DNA of 64,000 nucleotides from NCBI GenBank assembly GCA_012295275.1, contig CM022670.1, forward strand, positions 37,138,001 to 37,202,000. Reading direction: 5' to 3'. Below, one piece after another: positions 47,850 to 60,332 of the stretch. Both the position numbers and the translations under genes were made by a program. Within the stretch, counting starts at the first letter, position 1, and every line of letters starts with the position of its first letter. Source of the stretch: Chrysomallon squamiferum. Taxonomy: Eukaryota > Animalia > Mollusca. Under the pieces are notes generated by a model. The model did no database searches. It saw nothing but the letters and a program-made list of their open reading frames with translations, and was not told where the DNA came from.

Positions 47850-50766
47850 TTAATGTAGTCTCTTTTTATTTTTCGAACCTGAATAAATAATGCTTATATA
47901 TAAACATATTTCACAATTTTTCACACAAAAGTACATTTTGTTGGATCATTATTCACAGCTGTGCTTTTAAATAAAATTTAGAAAAAATATATTAGACACT
48001 GCTTTAACACAATTATAACAAAACGTTCACACACAAAACTTTATTCACTTGGTAGCAATATTTTAAGCCGCTGAATAATGAATTAAAAGACTGAATATAA
48101 AAAATATAAAAAATCCCCCAGAAAACAACAACTAACACCTACATTATATTCACTTAATATTTTCAAGTTTATCAAAGCTGATTAAAACTAATAAATGTGT
48201 CAAAATAGTTAATTGGTTGTGTGTTAATTCCTCAAAATCACTATTTAGCTTTAACAGCTTCAACATTTTGACAATGAAATAAAATAAATGAATGTTTATG
48301 ATTTATTTTAACTACTTCTAATTATATATAAATACATTGTTTAAAAAAATTTCATTCATATCAAAATAATTTTGTTTATTTTATTTATTATGTGGAAAAG
48401 AGTAAAATAAAGAAGAATTAACAGTGAAAAAAATTAGACACACACAAAAAAAGAAAATGGTTGTTTTCTTTCCAACTGTTCAGCTTTCGCAATGACATTT
48501 TAATGAAATTCCAGTTTTTTTTCTACACAGTTCATTATCACAGTGCATTTATTGAATATAAACTATTACATTAAAGATTACTGTCATGATTGTCTCAAAT
48601 TATTGATTTCAGCTTCTCTTCATTGCAAATAAAAAAGGAGAACTGCCATATTGTGCTAATTGTTTTTGACAGTAAGATGTTGCTATTTTCCCCTGAACTG
48701 TATGCAGAAATAACATTTAACTGATCTTCTCTTCACTGTATACTGCACGAGTCTCCACGTTTTTGTCCTTCAGAAAAATATTCGCCTTGTCTCTGAACGT
48801 CTCTGTGTGAAGATAGTGAAAAACGAGCACCTTCTTTGATAAGTATTGGCAGATTTTGAAAGTCATACAAATCTGGTTTTAATGAATCAACAAAGTAAAC
48901 TGGTGCATCAGGAAAACTCTCTTTAATCTGTTTTGTAATTTTGTCCTTTACGCTTTCTTCACTGAATGTCCTTGGATGAGCCCTTTTCTCGTTCCTCAGT
49001 TCATTAAAAAACTTAGTCCTTACATAGAAATATCTCTTTCCCTGCTTAGCTATTTCATTGTGAAGCAGAACCTCAAACTCATCTATCTTGCTGCAGGAAA
49101 GTAGAAGATAGAAATCATAATTCTTAAAATTAATTTTCTTTATGTAATCTTCGTCATCTCTAAACCTCTGAGTGGCAAATCCAGGAACATCCCACAAAAC
49201 GACGTCATTGCCAGGTACATTGTAGGGCTCTGGATCTTTAGTGCACTCAATAACATCAGTTTTGGCAGCATATTGATCTTTGTGTGGAAATCCAAAGAAA
49301 GAATTTATAAAAGTTGATTTTCCAGAGCCACTTTTTCCTATGACTCCAACATTATAGAGTCTGAAAGAAAGCAAGAATTGAATAATGTTAACATACAACA
49401 ATAAAAGATGGAGATGAAGAATATGAATGAATGAATGAATGAATGAATGAATGAATGAACAAACGAATGAATTATATTTTCTATATGTATACTTTTTGTT
49501 TTCAGAATTAATTGTCATAACGTTTTTACCCAGTTTCATCAATTTCTAATAATATTTGATCTATATTTCATAATAATATGAAATACAGATGAAATGTTAT
49601 TGTATATATATCCGAAAATTAAATGAGAAACAGACTATGAATATAAAGAATAGACAAAAATTAAATGGTAAACATATCTTAATAATAATAATAATAATAA
49701 TAATAATATAAAAACTGTTCACAAGGGACTTTGGGAGAGGAAATAATGGAATTGTTTCTTGGAAACACTTCCGCAATTCTGCCATTTACTAAATCATATA
49801 AATTTCATTTGAAATTTCATTTAATAGTAAGTGAGTTAATTATTAAATAAAGTTTCAGTTAAACTATATAGAACTTTTGTAAGTACAGAGGTATCTCGAG
49901 ATACGAGTGGTCCAACTTACGAGATTTTACTTTGAGTTGCGAGCCAAAATCTGAGTTACAAGCGAGCTTCAGATATGCCGCAACGAACAACACATCATCC
50001 GCCCAGCATCCCGCGTCTCATTCGTTTGCTTCAAGTGGTTACCTCGCCATGGAAGCATCTTTGTCTTGTGCTCACGTTTTGTGCAGTATTTTGGCACATT
50101 TCTATGGATCCTAAGAAAGTGAGGGCAAAGGATGGTGCTAAGAAGAGGAAGCGGATGATGTTCATTGAATTAAAGCATGAAATCAAAGAAAAGCATGAGC
50201 GAGGTGTGCGTGTAGTGAACATGGCTAGGCAGTATCAATGTAGTACTTTTACGATATATGTTATACTGAAGCAGGAGGAATCGATAAAGACTGTAAGTCC
50301 AGCCAAAGGCGTTAAAATAAGATCTAACCTGCGGTGCTCTGTCCTTTAAAAGATGGAGAAACCCTAACCGTGTACAGTTTACAAAACTAATTTATTTCTT
50401 TACATTCTTTCGTTCTTATACAATATTTGTCATTTATACATACATTTTACTTATTTAAAAATACGGTACAAAATATTGGGGTGGTTTTGGGGTCTAGAAC
50501 GGATTAATGTTATTTCAATTAATTTTAGCTGGTAAAATCAATTTGATATACGACCATATTGAGTTATGAGCTCGGTCACGGAAGAGTTAAACTCGTAATT
50601 CAAGTTTTATTCCTTTTTATTTCCTCCTATACTTCTAACAGTTTCAAAATAGTAATGTTACGATATACAATGGCATAATTATAGCTATAAGCAAAAATTC
50701 ATAATATTAAAACTGTCTTTTAGTTTACCTTTCCTTTTCAACTGTTCGCCGGGCAGCTGCAGCCAT
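47850..50766 (-). CDS. Mini-IRG copy D, intact, 198 aa. Exons 50766-50729, 49360-48831, 47878-47850
   Basis: 38+530+29 nt in frame: MAAAARRTVEKE|R-LYNVGVIGKSGSGKS...WDVPG...RTKFF...YDFQNLPILIKE|GSKNKKRLH*. Confidence 0.78.
49884..50604 (+). mobile_element. Tigger/pogo remnant in mini-IRG D intron 1 (duplicate of 39008-39730)
   Basis: TA-CAGAGGTATCTCGAGATACGAG terminus, same HTH fragment and same insertion site. Confidence 0.85.
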
Positions 50767-51819
50767 GATTTTGTTTTTTCAAGGGAAGTAACTTCGACGA
50801 AGCCAGTATTATGAGCATAATATTTACAAAATTTTCAAAAATATTGTTTTCCTTAACATAGGTTATTGAGGATAAATCACTGCATTCAAAGTGGGTTCAT
50901 GCATACAGACTACACTATGCTGTATGTATAATATATTTATCTTCGTATGTTATGCTCATAATACTGGCTTCGTCGACAAAAAAAGTAGGTTATCGTAAGG
51001 TCGGGTTAGGTCAAGTCGATAAAGGGAAAATCAGATTATGTTTTGATAGTGAGTCAGTAAATAATAATAACATATATATGTTAAAGTGTACACTATACTT
51101 TATGCTCTTGCCACCTTTTGAAATTCCTATTTTTATGTGTGATTGGTTTGTCTTAAAATAATATATTTGAATATTTATTTATAAATTTACTTATTTATAC
51201 TGACAACTATGAATTATTTTGTTTATAAGCTGGTGTTTTTCATAAAAGTTCCCACTTTAAAAATTAGTGGAGAAAATGGGCAATGCTTATTATACTGAAG
51301 ACATGTAAGCAAAAACAAACAAACAAACAAAAATCCTATTCATAAATAGTTGCCTCTTCCGGAAATAATAATTAAAAAAAAAAAAAAAAAAATGTGTCCG
51401 AATTTTAATCTTGATTAGTGATGATTCTATCGAAAATTCCACTACGATTTGTGTTCCTAATCCAAACCGTAATAATCCTACAAAAGTATCTAAGCTCATT
51501 TGCTTGTTAAAATCAACCAGTTTTTCATTACATTTCTAAATAGTGTCTGTTATATTATTTTCTTATATAATAATAATAATAATAACAACAGTAACGACAA
51601 CAACATAGTTACAATATTAAAATATTTACAGCAATAAAACTTGAGCAAAATAATGACCAGAAATTAGTGCATAAAAACAAAATTGATCTGAATAAAAAAA
51701 GTATACCTTCTTCCCCAGAATAAAAACACACATTTTCATACACACTATAGTTTACACGAACACTAATGATAAGAACAAAAAAAAACGGCTTGACTTATCT
51801 AATGATTAACGAGAACAGA

Positions 51820-52396
51820 TCAGCATGGAACACCGGGTTCTTCACCAGTTGCCTTTCTGCTGATGTTTCTGGCATGAGATTCTAGCATACTTTTAATCAT
51901 CTTCTGTTCCTCTGTCAGTTCAGGTGTCTTTTTCTTATGCTTCTTCCTGTATGATTCTACCCAGTTGTTTGGAGGATTACTAACATTTCGAAGGAACGAT
52001 TTTAACTCGTTTTCCACAAACTTCTGCGACACTTTTTGGTCGAGTGATAGATGAGAACTGTGAATGTCCACCGAAGCCGTTGCAAGTGTCACACCTGCCT
52101 CCGCCAGAAACATTCCAGTCAGTGGAAAGTGCAGAGATTCTATTGGCATTCGGAAAAGTTTTGCTGTCGTTTCTATGCCGGTAATAATGGCCTAGAATAA
52201 AATAAAATAAAAAAGATAAATCGTATTGAAACGATTAAAGAACACCAAATAATATTCTGTCACGACATTAGTAAATGAAAAGTTTGGAAATATATCCTTT
52301 CCGTTTTCTAAAGAATCATAACACTAACAAAACAAAATAATGAAAAGAAAACAACAAAAATAAAGCAAACCCTACAACAACAACAACAACAACAAC

Positions 52397-52434
<38 letters not shown>

Positions 52435-55400
52435 TAATAATAAATAATAATAATAATAATAAACAGATAAAAAGAAAGAAAAACCGAAATATTTACAAAA
52501 TCTGATATAATTTTTTTTTTTTTAAATACAATGGAAAAAACATATAAAATATATAAAAAGAACCGATATTAAACAATTTTGAATGAATAAAAACTTCTGT
52601 TGGACAATATTAAGTACTTACACTAACGGTCTCTCGAAGGTCTTCAGGCACTGGGATTTCATTATGAAAACAGTTCAAAACTTTCGGGCCGAGCCACAGT
52701 GATGCTGCGGAGAGAACAAGTTTGATGTTAACTTGTGCCATAGACTCCGTAATACTGAACAGTGTTTGCCATCTGAAATAAGAAAGAAAGAAATGAAATA
52801 AAATTTTAAAAAAATGAAATAAATTAAATTAAATTAAAAAAAAATAAAAATAAACAAATAACGGAATATCTTTCCGCATTAGTTATAAAAATACTCGACA
52901 TATTCAAAGAACAGTCAGATAAAATAAATACCTTGAGATTTTCGCTTCTGCAGCCTTGACATCGGCAGTAGAACGCGTGGTCTCGTTAGCCATCTGACTC
53001 ATAATATTTTGATCATCATGTTCTCCAGATGACTGCATCTTCAAAAGCTTAGAAACAAGCAGCAGAGCATCATAACAGTGTTTTCTTGATGTCCAGTTTT
53101 TAGCGAAATCCAGACTGTAAAAGCCTTCATCGATTCTGGAGAATGTCTCCAGGGAGTCTGGCATGGTGGATGTGACTGAAATAACATGTTCCAGCAATAA
53201 TTCTACAAGCTCTGGCTTTTGTGACAGATCCTCTTCTTTCCATCCGGTCATTTCTTTTGCAGATGCATAAAAAGCGAATCCTGCTATTGCAATCGGCCAA
53301 AGACAGGCAAGAAACTTTCCAGTTTTGTGATTTGTTATGTATTCTTTACTCCACCGACTTAGACCATCGCTGATTCGTTGCCAAAAACTTCCTTTTGTTT
53401 CTTTCCAGATATTAACAATCTGTGACAGGACAAGCTCAGCTTCCACCATGAATAATTTCAGTGTGATGTCTGGTCGCTTCTCAGATGTCACACCTAATTC
53501 ATCCATACTCTCAGTCAATAAGGGTTTCAAACGTTCAATCAGAATCTGACCGAGAAACCCTTTGTTGTTAATGATTTGTGACGTCAAGCATTTCACAGAA
53601 TAACAGACAAACGAGTACATACTTTTTCTGTCTGCTTCTGATCCTGTGTAAAAGTCACTCATCAAATAGATCTGCCTGGCTATGAGATTTCTGCAGAAGT
53701 CGACAGCGTAGTTACTGCCGGGGTCGAGTATTTCGAACAGCATTACACTTTTCTGTAGAACAGACATACTTGAAGACATCGACATGGAGAGTGCGAGAGG
53801 TTGAATACTGTTTAATGCAATAAAGTAATCAAACAGAAGCTTGGCCCAGTCTTTGGCGTTGGTTTTGTTAACGTATTTCTGAAGCTGTGGAGAAAGACTG
53901 GTAAAAGCACGGATAGAACTAGCGTATGTCAGCATTGAGAAATCTTTTAACTGTGACAGGCTTTCTTTTGCATTACCATTCCAAAAGTACAGCAGCTTAT
54001 TTCTGCTTTCCTCGTCCAATATTTTGTTTCCAAGATCTTTGTTCCAGAGTATATGTAAGCCGATAAAAGCAGTACCAAATACATGTTCTAGGAAATAGTG
54101 CTTCTGATCGTCTTCAACTTTTTGGTCTGCATTAATTCCAAATATCTGCTCTCTCCATTCAGCTGAGACGGAAGCCATCATTGCTTCTTTGGTGAACTCG
54201 AAACTGCGAGTCAGCAACACTTCTGATGCTGGGACGATCACCATCGACAAATCCTGTAAACTAACGTAATTAGACGATACTGAATCTGCAAACTGAAGCA
54301 ATTTACTAGGCACTGATCTTTTACTTATGGCCAAAGCTGATCTTGACAAAAGAGGGTGAGATTTGACATTAGCTAAGGCGTATTCACGTACTTTGTTTAC
54401 TTTCGTGTTATAATCTTCGCTTCTTTTCGCAATTCCCATAAATAAAAGCGCTTCTCCTTTATTACCAGGTTTAGTTGCATCAAAGGGTATAACTTCGCCT
54501 TCGAATGACCGGTAATTACATGTCAGTGTTCCAGATATTCGCGTGTATCCGACAATCGGTTGATATTCTGCCGGAAAAAGCACATGGAAATTCAGCTGAT
54601 TTTTATGATCAATTTCAAACACCACATTGCCAAGCAGATCTGCTGAAGAAAATGTATGTTCTGGTGTGTGCAGTGAAAAAATTACTTTATTTTTTTCGTC
54701 ATCTGTTTCCTCTCTACCGAGTTCAATTGTTCCAAAATTCTGTATGGACTGGCCTATTTGTTTAATAGTATCATCGATATGGAGTTCTTTTAACGTAACA
54801 GTTGTTTTCTGACAGACAAATTCCATTGGCTGATTAATAAAAGTAAAACATTCAGATGAAATTTCAGTAGTGGTTGTGTCTTCTGCAGACATCTCTTTTC
54901 TTTGACATATTATTTTCCCATAGCCAGACAGTCGATCGGGATCAAAACAGAGTGTACCAAGTTCTGTAATCCCATCAGAAAATTCTTCCGTCCACACCAT
55001 CTGGTCATGGGAAATTCTCTTGGTTGACGTAATATGACTGTCATTAAGAAAAATATTTCCACGGACAATGCTCAGTTTTTGGTATTTGTTTTTTTTACTG
55101 AGGATATTCCCAGTGTGAATGATCCTGGCGTTGAGAACAGTAACTTCTTCTAGTGGAACGCAGCCGTCTGGATAAGCTGACAGCGGTTTGGGAACATTAG
55201 ATATTTTGCCTGACGAAAGATTAGTAGGGAATTCGTCTTCATTGAACAGGTTTTCTTGCTTCAGCAATGGCTCCATTAGTCTTTTAAAAGTAGATTTAGA
55301 TTCTTTGCGAAAGTGACTTGGCAGATTGGCAAGTCGACTATTGGTTATTTCAGGGTAGTTCAGATGAACGAGATAACCGTTAGCGTGACAAGATCTTGGA

Positions 55401-57022
55401 CCTTCTCTGATATGAATTCCGTAAACCTTGGTACCTGGTTCTATTACGGCTTTGGAAAACGAGTTAATTTCCACCCATTCGTATTCCACTTTTCTGGTTT
55501 CGATGTTGTGTGCGACGACCTTACAGACGCGATCGTATTCTGATAACTGTCCAACTTTCAGCCAGTTATTTTCTTCTTTTGCAGTGACAGGGTCAATGGC
55601 TCTCCATCCGTCCTGTGTCCAAAACGGATGATCAGCTGTGAAAAACGCAGCTCCATCATTAATTCCGTATACGAAAGTTTGACTTTCTACAGCGTACACA
55701 AGTTTCTCGTGAGAAATGAGTCCCGGTTCCCCGGCATCTCCCAGGATAACGTCATTTTCTTGCAGATTTTCCACAGCTAAACTGTCCCCTAATTCCATCA
55801 GTATCGAGGTATTGCCCAAAAGGCAGCCGCCAGTGTGAAGTTTGGGCACATACTCCATCAGACCTACGGATCTGACACGATATGCTGATGGACCGTCTTT
55901 TCTGTTAAGCCACCCTAAAAAAGAACTGACGTGACCGACAATTCTAGGCCCTGCTTTGCTGCTCTTCGTCGCTTTGCTGGCTGATTCTAACAGGAATCCA
56001 GTTTTCAAAATACCACAGGCTGGAAGAAGGAAATTTTTCTTTTCAACGAATTCACTAATTGTGTTTAAATTAACTTGGCCATCACATTTTTCCTTGATTT
56101 TTCCGATTGTGCAATGATATGTATCGATATTCAACACAAAAAGAATAAGGAACTTTAATAACATTTTCTCATTAAAAGATGATGAGTTAGACAGATAATT
56201 AGATATTTCGGAGGCCCATTCCTCTTTGTTATTGCTCAGAAACAATTTGAGTTTGGATTTCTCCGTTAACCAATATCTGAAAATGGCTCTAGATATTTGA
56301 TATCCTTTTTCTCCTGCAATAATAGAAGTCCATGACTCTTCAGCTTTTTTAATATTCACAGCATTTTGCAATTCTGAAATCTGAAAACATGAAAAAAATA
56401 TGAACAATCTATAAATATAAGCAAGTGCATTTATATTTTGACTAGTTCAGTGTCGTTTGTTCTGAGAAATAACACGTTAAAGTTTTCAATATGTAAATTT
56501 TTTTTAGAGATTAAGATATTTTCCATGTTTTAGAGATAAAAAAAGACATACACAGAAGACAATCTAACGATTAGAATTGTTTTAGTTTTGATTTATTAGC
56601 GACAATAAACGCCAACACTTTTTTCTTCTGAATTTATATATATATAATAAAAAGAAATTAAAAAGAAAGAAAGAAAACTATTATATATAAAATTAAAATG
56701 AAGTTTGTGCATAATTATTGTTAATTGTTTCTTGGTGGGACTATTGTAGAATTATATTAAAACTGTCTTATGTATAAATAGCTATATTTACCTGTCCCAG
56801 ATTCCAAGCCATCAATGGAACAGCAATATCGGACACTGTTTTAATTTCGTCTTCATCCAACAACTTGGAAGAGTCAAAGAATGCTAAATTGTGAAAAAAA
56901 ACTTTCGATATATCAGCGACTGCAGCTGATTTTACAATGTTAATGAATATATCGACAATTTCTGTTTCTGGAAACTCCAAGTCATCCAGCAACCCAATAA
57001 ATATCTCAGCATCTATTGTCAT
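51820..57022 (-). CDS. Large (~1400 aa) uncharacterised protein with an internal Hint (intein-like) autoprocessing domain. Exons 57022-56792, 56380-52932, 52772-52622, 52191-51820
   Basis: Exons of 231+3449+151+372 = 4203 nt join in frame at canonical GT-AG sites (phases 0, 2, 0) with no stops. Contains Hint motifs and C-terminal hydrophobic segments. The start exon is less certain (a donor-like CAG|GTAAAA lies ~19 nt upstream of the ATG). Confidence 0.85.
55358..55825 (-). other. Hint domain coding segment (156 aa; residues ~263-418)
   Basis: Block A GG|CLLGNTSILMELG...VENLQENDVIL, block B FFTADHPFWTQDGW (TxxH), block F KVYGIHI...HANGYLV, terminal HLN|Y. Confidence 0.85.
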
Positions 57023-58326
57023 TTTTTATTTATTTTTTTACCTGTGCTGTTCTGATCTGTAAAATGCTCACAAATAAGATAGCGATTTGTTTGAAAATGA
57101 TGGAGCTAACACGAAGAACTGTCGAAACAAAGTGGCCAGTTCCAGTCGTGCGGGCGGTTTTTAAAAAGAAATCGTAACCATCTGTGACTTGACACTGACA
57201 TTTACTCTGAAGTGATTCATGTAGTTAATTAGACTCTTTCGTTAATTAAAGTGATAAATTGTGGTTAACTGTAATGTGGTACTTTTTATAATTAAATGTG
57301 CGTTGTGCACGACATCGGTAAATTTCAGGTCTGAATGATAATCAACACCTGTTAGCCTATAAATTTGTGTCAAAAATGATGATTAGTTTCATGTAATTAA
57401 AGCAGAAAATTATATTTTCCCATCTGTCTGAAACTATGCGTGTAAACGTACAATTAAACGAAATTCACAAACAAAAAAAACAAAAAAAAAAATAAATAAA
57501 AGAAGAAAAATATAGACGTTCAGAAATAAACATAATAACAACAGCTACAAAAACAACAATATTAAAATATTATAAAGATGTACGGTAAAAGTTGTGGATT
57601 TTCTCTCTCATTATCATTATGGTTATAGATAGAGAAATACATATATAGATGTGTGTGTGTGTGTGTGTGTGTTGTGTGTGTGTTGAAATGTTAACCAAAT
57701 ATTTATTATTTTTAATTTTTTAAATTTATTATCTTAATTTTCCCACAAATACAAAAGAACACTTTGCATTTGACAAATCAGTCCTTGAATACTGGCTGTA
57801 AAGGTTAAATTGTCAAGTAATATAAATCTATAAATCACAACACAAGTACAATATTCCACTCATTTTTTATTATATAAACATTCAGATTATAAACTCTGTC
57901 TAAAAGTGTCAGTACAGCAAACATTCATTCTCTATATTATAAACACACATGATTTAATTTTAAAATATATTTCAAGTATACATGAGAAGATTATATACAC
58001 ACACATATCTTCTACATTCTTGAAAAAAAATGTGTGTGAGGGGTGTATGCACATGTAGCACTAAAATAATTTTCTATATATGATACACAAACTTGCTCAT
58101 CTACATGTTACAAAATATTGTTTGGTTACTTATTAAAAGATATGACTGTAATTCAATAACAGACCATACCTAATTTAAAAAAAATATTTTTTTAAAAAAT
58201 AAAAATTTAAAATTTAAAAATTTATATTTAAATTATAAGATTTGAACTTGCCAATGACATTCCATATTGTACATTTTTCTGATAGAGGTAAATAATGTTT
58301 TAACATTCATATAAAAATTAGTAATA

Positions 58327-58385
<59 letters not shown>

Positions 58386-59834
58386 TAACAATAATAATAA
58401 TAAAATAAGCAAGTATGCAAATAAATAAATAAAACTAAAATTAAAATCTTAAAATAATAATAATAATAATAATAATTACATTTTTGCTCAGCAAATATTG
58501 CATTTATGTACCATTAAAAAATTATAACTACATCCACTCTGCTAACTATGAAATAAATGAGCTGACACTATTTTTTTTTTATATTAAACAAAATATTTAC
58601 AGAACTAGAAATTTATTAAATTATTAAAACTCCAGATTTTGATCACATTATTTTATTGCACCTTTTCTACATGATCTTCAACAAAATTAGTGACATCATT
58701 TTCAAATATATTAAAAAATAAAATTTAAAAAAAAACACCCCAAAAATATGAGTAAAAGCAATCTTAAATGCCCAAACGACTTACTGCAAATAATTTCATT
58801 CCGATTTCTAAAAACAATTTTTAAATACATTGTTTTTACATAGGAATTCTCTAAGATGGATGATGTCTGTCTGTTTGTGTGTGTCTGTATGTTAAAGAGA
58901 TGTAATACTATGGAGAAATCTCATCAGTTATTTGTGCTTTTTTTTTTTCTTACCTATCACGGACTTTGGTATTATAACCACCAAAACAACCTAAGAATAA
59001 CAATGCAGTGATTGGAATGCAAAACATGAAATATTTTACAGATGAAATTAAGCTGAAGCTTCTCCTCTAGTAATCTTTTTTTTTAAATTTTATTTACATA
59101 ATTACACATTTTACTTCTAATAACAATTCTACAGAAGAAATCTCAACAAAACAATAAAACACTTAACCCTACCTCAGCTTTAACACTAAAGAGGATAATG
59201 ACTTAGTGTAAATGAGGCCAAGTTTAAACTGCACTTACAATGGCTGTCTGGACCAGCCAAGCCTACAATTCACCAACTATAAATGACAAATGAACTCTAG
59301 AAAAATATAAATTCATTGTGCCTATAACTGTTATTGCATTTTTAGAAAGCAAAATGTACAGCAGCAACAATATATTATAATGTTGATTCAAAAATATTTA
59401 CTTGTTCAGAACTGTTTGGGAAGTATTTCAGAAAGTGACTTAGAATACATGGAAGACAAGGTCTTCATTTTCAGTCAGTTGAACTAGATTTCTTCTCATA
59501 AAAAAAAAAATAATAATAGAAAAAATATAAATAAATAAATAAATAAATAAACAAATAAATAAATAATTAAAATTGTAAAACTTCAGTTATTAATACTTTG
59601 AAATAATCTTTCCAGGAATTTAACTGTATGTGAGAAAGGTTTCCTCTTTGGAATATCAAACTGTGTAGCTTTTTTAAAAAAAAAAAAAACAGATTTCATA
59701 AATTATACTGTATGAAAGTTATGCATTATGCAGCATCAGAACTAGGTAAAAATAAAATTTAAAAATATAAAAATGTGTTAGGCTGTATAACAATCTCCAC
59801 CTACAGTGAGTTAGTACAATATAAACATTCTAGA

Positions 59835-59990
59835 TTATGTTATCATGTTTATATTATGCAAAAACTGTTTATATACACATTCTAGATTATATATGCATAG
59901 ATATATATATTATGCAAAAAAAATTTATATACACATTCTAGATTATATATGCATATATATATATATATTATGCAAAAAATGTTGATATAC
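59835..59990. repeat. ~55-bp minisatellite x3 (ACATTCTAGATTAT...TATTATGCAAAAA...TATAC)
   Basis: Three imperfect tandem units downstream of the OXCT1 stop. Confidence 0.75.
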
Positions 59991-60332
59991 ATAAAATTTT
60001 ATTTGTGGATTGTTTTCTGTTTTTCTCAAAATTATGACTCAAGATATTTTGAAACATTTTATCTATTGAAATCAGTTTTTTTTTTTTTTTTATCTAAAAA
60101 TAAAATTATGCATTGATTGTGTGTGTGTGCGTCATAACAATTCCAAAAAAAAAATATATATACAAACTATGTGCTTTACACACACACAAGTAATTTCTCA
60201 TTTGTCTGTGATTAGAAAATTATTCCCTGAATTTGGTTGACAAATGTGTATTATTTGTCATTAACTGGTAACACACTTGGGCTGTTGTGTTCAACTGATG
60301 AGCAGAAATGGAGGCCAAGAAGAAATTTCTTT

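Noticed and set aside
48733-49542. 269-aa single-exon version of the mini-IRG with extended termini
   Set aside because: The N-terminal part translates an (ATTC)n-containing intron upstream of a clear acceptor, and the C-terminal read-through stop varies among copies; the spliced model fits better.
8450-51300. Whole array as a pure assembly artefact
   Set aside because: Copies differ by many substitutions, indels, TE insertions and distinct flanks, which favours real paralogues; the exact copy number still needs read-depth confirmation.
55358-55825. Hedgehog gene or canonical self-splicing intein
   Set aside because: No Hedge signalling domain, signal peptide or recognisable sterol-recognition region; no homing endonuclease; the +1 residue is Tyr rather than Cys/Ser/Thr, and the flanks are not a recognisable conserved host protein.
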